Shown here: piece by piece, positions 1-11,200 of the stretch
Layout: every line of letters starts with the position of its first letter
Position numbering within the stretch: the first letter of the stretch is position 1
NCBI GenBank assembly: GCA_000182565.2
Contig: KQ257451.1
Source of the DNA: Spizellomyces punctatus DAOM BR117
Taxonomy: Eukaryota
Strand: one strand, 5' to 3'
DNA length: 20,000 nt
Notes under the pieces: model-generated
Told to the model about the DNA's origin: nothing
The model's database searches: none
The model's input: the letters and a program-made list of their open reading frames with translations, nothing else
Translations under genes and position numbers: made by a program

Positions 1-2
1 AC

Positions 3-818
3 TATGCATTGAGCATCAACGATCGTGTCGCATTATACAAAAAAGTCCGAGCAGAGGGTGCAGAGCGCGCTACAAATTTCTTGTATCGGTTGATTCAATT
101 CACTGCGAGTGAACCTACCCCAGGTGCTGGAATCCCAACTGGGAATCCATCGTCCAAAAGTGAACCCAAACGCTCGAAACGCAAACGTCCTGACACGACA
201 GGCCAAGTGGACGAAGTTTTGTTTGCTGGGGAGGGAGCGGAAATGGGTATGGCGGATCTCTCACCCAAAAACTACAAAAACCTTCCAACCAACCTCTCCG
301 AACTGGAATCAGACGAAAACTCTGACCAAGACGAACCCGTCTCAGAAACCCAACAACAACAACCCCCCTCAAATACCTCCCCCGTCTCAACAGCTTACCT
401 CCAACGCCTCGTAGACGAAGCCGAACTCAACGAAACAGGCCTCTCCCCATTCCCAGCTTACCACTTTGACCGCCACTTTGCAGCGGGCATGGTTACAACA
501 TCCTGTTTCATGCACTCCCTCCTCGCTCAATCCTATTTCCGCCCATACGTCGTCGACATTGTCCGCGCCCTCTCCACATCCGCCATTCATATTCGTGTTC
601 CCCCCGAATGCGTCGGAAAGAAATACATGGACCTTGTTGGATGGTGTTTGGAACGGGGGATAGTCCCGTTGGGGTTGTACCGTGGTGCTCTTTCTCGAAG
701 TGAAAGACCTGCCTGGGGTGGAGAGACCGACGGTTTACCCTATGTTTATACAAACTGTAGGTCGTTTGATGTGGTGCGCAAAGATGATTTGGTGTTTGTT
801 GTTCGGGAGGGGTCATGA
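3..818 (+). CDS. C-terminal part (RCK2 region) of a Slo/BK-family calcium-activated potassium channel-like protein; 5'-truncated by window edge
   Basis: Frame is open from the window start to TGA at 816-818. [33 protein letters not shown] resembles Slo1 [55 protein letters not shown]...[22 protein letters not shown] resembles the Slo C-terminal GIYR...YVITNPP..F.L...D.IFCL. Recognised from memory, no search run. Confidence 0.8.
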   Translation, partial: [271 protein letters not shown]

Positions 819-1802
819 ACGGAAATGCTTGTAAAAGTTCACTTTTATATATCGTTATCATACAATGTGTCCATCACTTTCACACATTTGCCCATACTGT
901 AGAATGTGCATAAAGCAGTGTGCAACGACAAGATGCAAAAAAATACCAAATATATCTCCTTAGGGCCATGTCATGTATCGGATTCTGTGCATTGACGAGA
1001 TACCAGAGTCTCCACATTGAAATATCTGCATGCCCGAGCTCAAATACCACACATTTACTTTACAAGACATCTCGTTTTTTTTGCATCTATAATTCGCGAT
1101 CCCCATCAAAAACGCTAGACTTGTATCCCAATCATACTCTAGTCGTAACTCTGTTTAGAGTTAAAGGTCAACTTGAGTAATTAATCAATACAATGTTCGA
1201 ACCGAGGATCTTCCTAGGAATATAATATACTGTCTAATTGAGCCAATCTCGTTGATACACATCATTAGTTTTTGTTTACACTTACTAAAAAGGTGCTTGA
1301 TTAATCATAATGTCCAGAAAGTTCAGACTAAATTTCCTGGACCATTTCAATAAATGGCGAATGTGAACACTAGCAAACGTTTATCTCTTTCATCACAGAT
1401 CACACTTAACATCTAAACCAATACTAAAAACAAAAAAAAAGTTCCACTACACCAAGAAGTAACAAAACAATGTACAACTTTACCCACACACCCGACTTAC
1501 GCATTCATCTCATGGATACACGTTCCGTACGCGAGCATATCTCGCTCATCTCAACCAAGTCCAGTACATCAGAAACAATAAAAAGTCAAAAGTATTCGCC
1601 AAACCCCAGAAAAAAAAGGGACCCCAAAAGCACCCATTATATCATTCAGCGTAAAAAAAGAAAAATATGCATTATCGCAAAAAGCCAAAATAAATGATCC
1701 ACGAACATGGTGTAAAAAAAAAAAAAGAAAACACATCCGGCCAAAAGTCTTACGTGCAAAACCACATAAAAGACTTTCTTTATGCCAAACCCTCCCAAAC
1801 TA

Positions 1803-4800
1803 TCATCGCCAGATACTAGCACCACCAGGTACATCCGCCGTCCACCCATTCAAACCCATCGTAGCTTTCAATCCCGAGACTGGCGCAGATGTCCCTCCCA
1901 CGCTAGAAGGCACTGATACAGGCGCAGAGGGTATCACGGTAGGTGTCCCACCAACACTATCAAATCCATGTCGGCTTTGTTGGGTATCTGATCCGCTTTC
2001 CCATAAATCGCGAGCAGCATTCAAGGCACCCACCGAACTCCGTCGGCGAGCGCCAGTGGCAATGAAAGTGTCGATAAGTCCCTTGAGGTGCATGTCGGGA
2101 GTGTGGAGACAACGGTGCCATGCTTCCACCGGGTAGTACATCATGGTGATAGGGGATCGCCAAGTATTTTCGGCGATTAAACGAGCCCGCAACTGAGCAT
2201 GATCATAATAATAGCCTGCATATACAGAAAAGAATAGCGCATGATGAGATATACAAAAAACAATAGAAACAATATATGCCCTTGATTGCATACATACCAT
2301 CAGGGCCCTGTACAGGGACATTCATGATCCGCCGAGTTAACGCGCACACAAACTCTGGAGGCACTCTTCCCCCAACCGTCGATGTATTGTATCCAGCCCC
2401 ACGGGTTCCAGAAGACATGACAGACGACCCACCACCCACTCCTCCCCCAAACTTGATTGGATTCACACCATGTGGTTGCTGATGTCGCTGCGGAGGAAAA
2501 GACGAAATTTGCTGGCGGTACACATTTGCGCCATGCAGACCATATCCGTTTGATAAAGGCGCCTCACGCTCATACGTAGCCCGACGACTGTCCGTTCTTC
2601 CAGGGTATGTTCCATATGTAGGCCCACTGGGCATCACAAAAGATTCATAGTTTGCTCCAAAGGCAGCATCAAAAGAAGCTCGAGATTGAGGCCACATCCG
2701 ACTTGAGTTGTTTGCAGGGTGCGTGGTTGACTGATTTGGATCACCCCATGCAAGGCCCACCGTTCCTGGTCCGGATGCGTGGTCAGGAAAAGACACTGGT
2801 AAGGACGCCGGACGACTTCCGAGCTGATCATGGGTATACGAATGAACATCATTGACTTGAGGTACCAGAGAATTATCTATAGAGGACTCTTTAACGGCTT
2901 GCGCGTACGGGCCAGGAGGATGACCACCATTCAGCATTTGTGGCAACCCTTGTTGCGGGAATGGAACATGAGATGCCGGCAACTTTTGAGGAACACCCTG
3001 TTGTCGTTCGGGCTGCCCCAAAGTCTCCTGCACGTCAGTCTCGTGGCTTGATTTCTGCTCATCTCTCGCATTTTCATTGCAAGATGTGTCGAGAGACTCA
3101 AATCCAATCCCTGTTTCAACTGTTTGAGCCGCAGAGGCCGTCGAATCGGCGTTGGCGTCCAAAACATTCGTCAAAGGTTTGGATTTGAGATCCTCAACCG
3201 GAGCACCTTCGTTGACCGGGACGACAGGTATCTTCTTATTGCGAGTTTTGAGTCCTTCAATAGACGCCATGGCTTTTCTTAGATGCCCAATTTTGTGCAT
3301 TTCAAAGGTATTCACTAAATCATCCTCAGCTAATGCAGGTAAATCTTCAAAAGCGACTTCTTCTCGAAAGAATCCCTCGGCATAAACACTCAGTCCAAGA
3401 TTTTCCAACCATTCCGCCACGGTAGTAGCAGTGGTATCAGGCAACTGCACTTCCTCTCGCTTCTTGGCATCGTCAATAAAGTGCATAATTCGCTTCCTGG
3501 GCCCGACTTTGGTAATTCCTAATTGAACCAGGTCGGATTCACGAAGGAGGGGCAAAAGAGACCACGATGCGTCATGTGCAAGGAAAGCAGGCAAATACTG
3601 TTCAAGGTTTAGTGAGGCCAGAAACCCAAAGAGCTTGGGATCATCCCCAATGTCTACCATCGGTGAAACCTCGCTGGTCTTTTCCATTGGTATTTCCGCT
3701 GGTTCACTGGTCCCTGTAGATTTGTTATGATGGCTTTCTAGTTCGATATCGTTAAACTGCACCTGCGGTACTGACGGCCGATGCAAGCATTTTGTCGTCG
3801 TAGATGTGTCGTCCGCGTTGGTTTCCACTGCATTTTCCAAAAGACTTACAGGCCCGCTGCCCTTCTTCGCGTCTTCATAATACTCGGCAGACTCGGCTGC
3901 CACTGCAACGCCATTGACTAGCGACCTCGGTCGAACACGGGCACGACTGCCACGTCTTGATTGCCGCGGACTGACAACGGACGCCTGTGCCTGACCTTGC
4001 GTCTCGGAATTTTTTCGTCGTCGGACACCGCCTCGCGTTCCGCGTCGTCTGAGGCGGGGTGTCGTAGAATTCTCAGGATTTTCTCGATCGTTGTTGGAAG
4101 GATCACTCGCATCATTCCATCCTCCATTATCTTCTTCCGTCTGCGGACGAACGCCAACCTCTCGTGGGGTATAGGGTGGTGGTGGCTCATCAATATGCTC
4201 GTGATGGCCAACATCGACTCTAAAAGTCTTGATATTCGCCTCTGATATCGGTTTATCATACTCGTGCGTGTTTTGTTGTGCAGCAGCCGCAGTCCCCGTA
4301 TCGTCTTGTGTTTCGGTGCGGGCTTGCAGTGCACCATGTCCTCGTAATGGTTCCCCTACACAATCGGATTCTGCTCTTGCTTTCATTGACCTCTCTCTTT
4401 CCTTCAAGAACGATTCAATTTGTTGTCGCTTTTTGTCCATGCTACGGTTCGCATCATCGATTTCCCGAGCTAGAACGCCTAGAGCAGTATGAATTCCTTT
4501 GAATCCAGCTTGTCCTCCCAGATACTCTTTATGAGTGAGGGCAGCCCGAGCAATGGCTAAAATGCGCTGGTAAATGTCCAAGCAGCTTACAGACAATGAT
4601 ATATCAGAAGGATTGTTCTTCTGTGGAACAATTGATGTGACGCGTAGAGGCGGTCGGTTACGTATCAATGCTTGAACGGTTTGTACAATTTGGTTTCTAA
4701 TGGTTGCGGGTAGGGTATACGGCGTATCTGGGGGGTACATGTCTGGCAAGGACACCAGGAACTCTTCAAAATCTGAAAGGGTAGCTCGGTGTCCTTCCTT

Positions 4801-6885
4801 TGTTGGGGAAGGTGGTCGCACGGAGCTGTCGGCGGAAACGCCAGCGCCGCTACTGCTAGTACCTTTTCCATCATCTTCCGCTTCATCAGTATCAGGATCT
4901 TCTGCACCTTCGTCCTCTGCGTCTTGTTCGACCATCTGTTGTCCATCACTGTCTTTATCAACACGTCCATCACCGCCCTCCTTCAAAACCGCTTTCACAT
5001 ATTCATGCAACTTGCTACGCCACAAATGTTGCTCTTCATTTTTAGCCACTCGAGCTTCCAATCCCATGACGATTTCCTCCGTTTCTTCAACGACTTCATC
5101 CATTTTACTACGTCGAGCTTGGTCTAAGAGTGTTCGCAACTTGGAGAGTTTTTCAGTTGTGGGGACATTGCCGGTTTGGTTGAGAACCACAGAGATTTGC
5201 CAGCGCAAACGTTTAGCCAACTTGCTGCGGCGCTCTTCCTTATTCCGCTCCAATTCTTCCCGTCGCTGTTGCCGTACTGCTTGGATATCCTCAATATAAT
5301 AATCTAAAAATGTTGACCATTCTCCCAATCCGAGGTTGTTCTCAGCCTATTTGTAGAAGAGGTGCAACATGTTGGCCAAGGCAGGAGATAGGGAGTCGAA
5401 ATCAAATGATATACAGACCCGCACGCGAAAAGAGTAGTGACCAGGAGGAAGCACGTCCGTCCACCACTCTGTACTCCAGCCCATATATATCCGAATCCAC
5501 TCACTTGCGTCATCCATGATCCATTAGTCATTGTCTTCGTGTGACACACAATACATAGGGGTTTGCAAGTCCATACCTTGCCTCCGGCCCAGTACTCCGC
5601 TGTTTGACCTGTACTTCGTAACGCGAGATTTGCAATTCCTCCGCGGACGCACAGTTCCAAGTCAACATGACGCGTGTATGGCCTCGTTTGGGATCGGTGA
5701 CGATACTGTCGATAATACGTGGCCTAGTACATTGATGGGGAAATCCACCAGTCAATCGCCGATGATCGTTTGGAAGCACCGTTCGCGTCGGTTGCACTTT
5801 AGGACCAGACATGGTTAGGTCGGGTCAACTACTACGTTGCATCGTTTACAAAATGTAAAAGTACCTCCGTCTTTGTCCCGTTTTATCACTGGCCGGTGCC
5901 CTTCCTGATCCGCATCCTTCGATACCTTTGGCAAAGTTGCTAGAAACGCATTGTGATCCATCATTTGAATATACCGACGTCGAAGGTCCGTATCTGACAG
6001 CACCTGATGCGCCGTTTGAAGCTCTCGGAATCGTTCTGTTCGATAGAAGAGCATCGATGAGTGGCCATGCCAGATAAACGTGGAAAATGACATCCAAACA
6101 TACGGTAATCTTCTTCTGTTGGTGGGCGCTGTAATTTATCTGGATGCATCCGCACCGCAAGCACCTTATACCGTCTCCGTACCGAATCCATTAATCCCTG
6201 GTGTCCCTTTTCCGCCTGTTGATCTAATTCTTTGGCCCGCTGTTCCAAGGCGGCAACTTTTTCGCGTGCTTCTGCAACTTCACGAAACGCCAGTCCGCAG
6301 AGGAGCTGGAATGTTGTTTCGTTTCGTATCGGCCCGGTATGAAAGTGTCGTCCAGTGTCCGAGACTAAAGTCCCCTCTTCTTTAATGACATCTACAACGC
6401 GGCATATATCCTTGGGTAGAAAATGCTCGTCAGTTCCGAGATTCGTATAGTGCCAGATTGCCGATCCACAGGCTCACCTTTGGTCCGGCAACGGATGCCA
6501 AGGACGCTTGGGCTTCCATAAATGTCAACACATTCGTGCTTGTGACGGTCAGCCCCCCTGCTATCGGAAAGCCCCTCTTCCGTGCGGCTCGTTCTGCGTT
6601 CTTCTTCTCCTTCTTCAGCGCTTGCCTGGTCTTTTCATCCAACCTTTTCTCGTCCCGTTTCCTCTCTTGTGCAAACTCTTTCCGGCCCTGCTCGACTTTA
6701 GCCAGTGCTTCCTCGGCCTCCGTAAGAGCCTCTCTGCATTTGACGATTTCCTCTGCAAGTGCAATCTGCTCGGTGAAAATCATCACGAGGGCACGGGCGT
6801 GTTCGTCATGCTCCAAGTTCAAAACTTGGAAGAAATGCGGAAGGGGCCCGCTGAATCGAGGCGAGGATGGTGGTGCGGTTGTCAT
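1803..6885 (-). CDS. Multi-exon ~1550-aa protein: J-domain (HPD), fibronectin type III domain, coiled coils, two SAM domains, C-terminal U-box-like domain
   Basis: Manually spliced exons (minus strand): 6885-6478, 6410-6104, 6035-5865, 5796-5577, 5503-5419, 5346-2298, 2215-1803. Total 4653 nt = 1551 codons, all phases compatible, with GT..AG introns of 67, 68, 68, 73, 72 and 82 nt. Splicing reconstitutes domains across junctions: J (DSVRRRYKVLAVRMHPDK...EDYQRFRELQTAHQVLSDTDLRRRY), FN3 (VMLTW...RYEVQVK...EWIRIYMG...VLPPGHYSFRVRAENNLGLGEWS) and U-box (VPPEFVCALTRRIMNVPVQGPDGYYYDHAQLRARLIAENTWRSPIT). SAMs: FLASLNLEQYLPAF...DLVQLGITKVGPRKRIM and VAEWLENLGLSVYAEGF...KIGHLRKAM. Confidence 0.85.
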
Positions 6886-6925
6886 CTTCTTCTTTGGCTG
6901 TCTTCTAATTGGGTATACTTGTTTT

Positions 6926-6994
6926 CTGGGCTATGCAGCAATGGACACGTCAGTCTTGCGCAGCAAGACAATGAAGCACAAGCGGAGTACATAC
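6926..6994 (-). other. Probable 5'-UTR intron of the J-domain gene
   Basis: Minus strand: GTATGT donor at 6994, ACTGAC branch point, tandem acceptors TAG (6931) and CAG (6926) giving 64 or 69 nt. No upstream in-frame ATG found with either acceptor. Confidence 0.6.
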
Positions 6995-8298
6995 CTAATA
7001 GAATAGAGCAAAAATAACGTCCCAACCCACTCCACGTCGTAGCGGTCGTGCCCTTCGGACCACCTTCACGTCACTTATTTCCCCGTCCAACTCCACAACC
7101 CAACGAATGCCGTCTCAGATATCCAACGTGTCTAATGGTAGGGGATACAAAAGGAAGGGGAAGCCAAATATCGCGAGATCTCGCTCCACCAAAGGCTTTG
7201 CCAGATCTAGATCAATATATAGATATTATCGTGGCACGTCAAAGGCCAAGCAAGGACGACGTAGGTTTCGTTGCTTTGGCAGTGCGAGCTCTTTTGCCCA
7301 CCTAGGTGAAGATGCCGCTCAGGAAACGCGGCTGGATACAATCTGGATCAAACACTGGTATGCCCCGGGGTATAATGCAGCGCCCAGCAAGACTCGTCTT
7401 GGCCTAATTCCAACGACCTAGCCCTGTTCTGCGCGACAGAAAGGTCGGTCAACCAGATAAAGTCCAAAAGCGCGACTTGGCCAGGTTGTTCACAGTCCGC
7501 TACGAGAAGGCAGGGTGCTCACGGGTGACTGCCAAAGGGATTGCACGCGTAAAAGGACCTGTTGCAAAGTAGGAAGATTCCGACAGTTGGAAAGTGATAA
7601 GTGCCCGGCCTTGCTGCGATGCGGGGGGAGCTGGATCCTAGTCACATGACTTGAGCATTTGGTGCTTATTGTGCTTTCAGCATGGCGCTCAGTATTTGAC
7701 AAACACAGCAAGCAGACATGACAACAAAATATCAGCAAAGCAAACCCAAAACTTTGTACGTTGGGCGAGCTGTTTGGAAGCATATTTGCAATCAATAGTA
7801 GTATTAGGATACCGTACTCTAAGTATATTGATGTCGTTTGTTTACAAGTCAAAGATTTCTCTACAACCATCAGCAATTTGACGACGTAAACCACTGCATA
7901 AGATGTCCAATAATCCGGGGCAATCGGAGAGCTAAAACACAGCTAAACGTTGATATCATGATGAGTACCAAATACATTAGTCAACAAGTCTTTAGAGACG
8001 TTAGCATCAACATCACAGGGACATCCAATTGAGGAGTTGGCTCGGTTATTGTCTGCTTTTATTATTTGTGAGGCAGCGACGGACCAACAAATCGACTACA
8101 TCATCTCTGGCGCCCAGTTTTGCTGCCATGGAAGAACTGAACGACAGGTCGATGTCAATGATTGATGATAATCACTCCAGCCAAATGGTCGTCTACAAAC
8201 TACACAAAGGCGGCTTTTATTGTTATATTTTTGTAAAAGACAAACTCGCAATCATCACTCCTTCAACCACCTCATCCGTCTTTAGTAAATCCCGCAGC

Positions 8299-11200
8299 TC
8301 AACTGCTTCGGCCACCTCCACTCAAACTCTGGGCTGATCTAGACAGTGCGGCACCTTTTGTAGGCAATGCATCAACATCCTTCCTAAATCTAATCCAATT
8401 ATCCATGAATCTCTGATCGGGTCCCTCCCGTCTAAAATCTTCCCGCCTCACTTCTTCTAAAGCACCCATGAGCACCACGGCAGACCGAACGGTCCGCCAT
8501 CTCTGTCCAGCGCGATGCATTCGTCGGTAGGGTTGTCGCGCCGAGGCATCGTGGAGAGATGTTTGCGATTGGTGCACAGGAGATGCGACTCCGCTCGTTA
8601 GACTACTTCCACGGGATGTCCTTGTGGTCGTGAGACGATTGCTAGGTGGTTCTTCTAGGTCAGGGTTCGACACGATGCTAGACCGATCAACCTGAATTGC
8701 AGTATGCGGTCCAATAGCTTTCTGAGCAGGGGGGCCCCAATGGCACTTTGGTGATAGGATATGATTATGCGTCCAATTTCGGTGCAAGTTCAGTGCGCAT
8801 CGTATGACGAACACAAAGGGAAAGTTCAATAACGCCAGAACGATGCAAACGATCCATTCTTTCCAGTCCAGTGGGCAAGTGTTGACAAAATCGCCTCCGA
8901 AAATGATGACAAGCACTTGGACCCCCACAATGACTGTGATGATTAGGATAAACAGCCGGTTTCGGAAGAAATGCTTAAAGTAGTTGATTTCGCCGTTCAA
9001 TTGCCGAGCCATCACAATGTTGGATATCTGCATGAGAATAAAGGTCAAAAATACCATCGTCACTGCACGACGGGAAGGGTTGCCCTCTGTATCTGCCGTG
9101 GAGTGGAATGAAGGGTCCATCGGTACCCAATCGTCTGCACCACCCAAGAAAAGACAGAGGAGAACAGTGATTTGGTATACCACTTGCATTCCAATGTATT
9201 CTCTCATGGGTCTCGACAGCAGGGATTCAGTTCGGGCGTGGGGTGGATGGTCCAGGATATCGTCTTCAGGTTCATCTGATGCCAAAGCCAGCGCTCCAAG
9301 TGAATCCATAATTAAATTGACCCAGAGAAGTTGAACGGTACTCAGAGGAGAGGTCCCCACAGTTAAGGACCCCACAAATGTGAGAATAATGGCCACCAAG
9401 TTAACTCCCAACTGGAATTGAAGGAACTTTCGGACACAGTTGAGTACGTTTCTGCCCCATCGAATCGACTGAACCAAGGACACAAAGTTATCATCCAACA
9501 AAACAATATCGGATGCATTCATGGCAATTTGTGTGCCGCTGATTCCCATTGCAAATCCCACATCTGCTTCCTTGAGAGCTGGCGCATCGTTGGTACCATC
9601 TCCGGTGACCGCCACGACTTCCCCGAGGCGCTTGAGGAGATTAACAAGAGTATGTTTGTCCGCTGGAGACGAGCGAGCCAAGACTTGGAGTCGGGGTATG
9701 ACAGCAATTTTTTCCTCTTCAGTCATTGCTCGGAAGACAGGACCTTCCAAAGCGATACCGTCCCCAAACATGATGTTGCATTCTCTGGCAATCTTGCAGG
9801 CCGTGAGGATATTATCACCAGTTACCATGCGGATAGTGAGACCAGCTCTTTGGCAGGTTGCCACGGCACCTGGGACTTCTTTACGAAGTGGATCCTTAAT
9901 GCCGACGAGACCGACAAAGATGAGGTCATGTTCTGGATCGTCCTTTTTGCCTTGCCCCTCAAAGGTTGTCAAAGATTGATCTGTGTCTCGGTAGGCAAGG
10001 GCGAGGGTACGAAGCCCTTGTGAGGCCCATCGCTTGATAGTCCTTTGAATTCGTGAAATATCTGTAGCGGAGATTGGCGCTACAGTCGTTCCTTTGGCGT
10101 CAAGGATGTGCGTGCAAAGCGATAACACAATTTCAGAAGCACCCTTGGTATACAATCTAAACTTTGTTTTCCTAGCCGCAACGAGTCCGCCTGGGGTGGC
10201 GACAGGCACGGCCTCGGCAATCGGATGCACTAACGTTGACATACGTTTGCGATCCGATGAGAATGACCACGTCCCATTCTCAACTTTTGTCACTTCTTTC
10301 CGAACCGCGTCGTACTGTACACCCAACTTGTCGGCAAAGACCAGCAGAGCGCCTTCTGTAGCTGATCCGACAAAAATGGGTTGGTTCGAGCGTTCGTTGT
10401 ACTTTACAAAACAATTTGAATTGATGCAAATGCCTTCGGCAAGAAGATTCCTGAGTTTTGGGTCAAATGTCGTTGCCGAAAACGGTTGGAATTGTTCTTC
10501 GCCTGATCCTTCGCCGTAATGCACTTGATCGCCCACCAGAGCCTTGACGACGGTCATTCGGTTTTCTGTTAATGTTCCGGTCTTATCGGTACAGATACAG
10601 GTCGCTTCGCCCATTGTCTCAGAGGCATCCAGGTGTCGAACGAAACAGTTGTCTTTGATCATTTTAAACATGGAAAAGGCCAACGAGATTGTCACTGCAA
10701 GTGGAAGACCCTCTGGAACAGCAACGACAACCACCGTAATTCCAATCACAAAATCTTCAGCAATGGCTTGAATTCTTGCTAATGTTTCAGAGTCGCCGGT
10801 ACTCAAGCAGGCATGCCTACCAGCGGGAGGCTGGTGCTGAGCCCACGCAATAGCCCACCGAATCAGTAAACCGAGAAAAGTGAGAATACCGGACGCAACG
10901 CCAATTTTGCCAATAAGGACTGCGACTTGCTTCAACTTTACTTGAAGCACCGTTTCCTCGCTCTGTGCCTCGTTCAACAGTTCCTGAATCTGCCCACCGC
11001 TCGATCGAGGTCCGACGCCCGTGACAAGCATTACTCCAGATCCTTCACTGACTTGACAGCCAGAAAACATGTACGGTGCCGCCGGGGATTTTTTAACCGG
11101 AACGGATTCACCTGTCAAGGGACTTTCATCGACTACCAGGCGATTCCCTCGAACGTATAAGCCATCAGCGGGAATCTCATCGCCAACCACCACCTCTACC

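Noticed and set aside
1420-1800. A-rich tracts on the + strand and Lys-rich short ORFs
   Set aside because: Consistent with a U-rich 3' UTR/terminator region of the minus-strand gene; not coding and not a retroelement tail.
2203-2297. Hydrophobic Cys-rich C-terminus of the 1041-aa ORF (MYAIKGIYCFYCFLYISSCAILFCICRLLL) suggesting a membrane anchor
   Set aside because: Mostly read-through of the 82-nt intron 2216-2297; splicing instead completes the U-box.
4700-7017. Antisense ORFs 4700..5299, 6458..7006 and 6508..7017 (Ser/Phe/Leu-rich)
   Set aside because: Composition mirrors the Glu/Lys/Arg-rich coiled-coil codons on the opposite strand.
7020-8298. Short ORFs and small palindromes (GCGAGATCTCGC 7173-7184, GATCTAGATC 7204-7213) between the J gene and the ATPase
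   Set aside because: No protein motifs or convincing exon chain; palindromes this short are compatible with chance.
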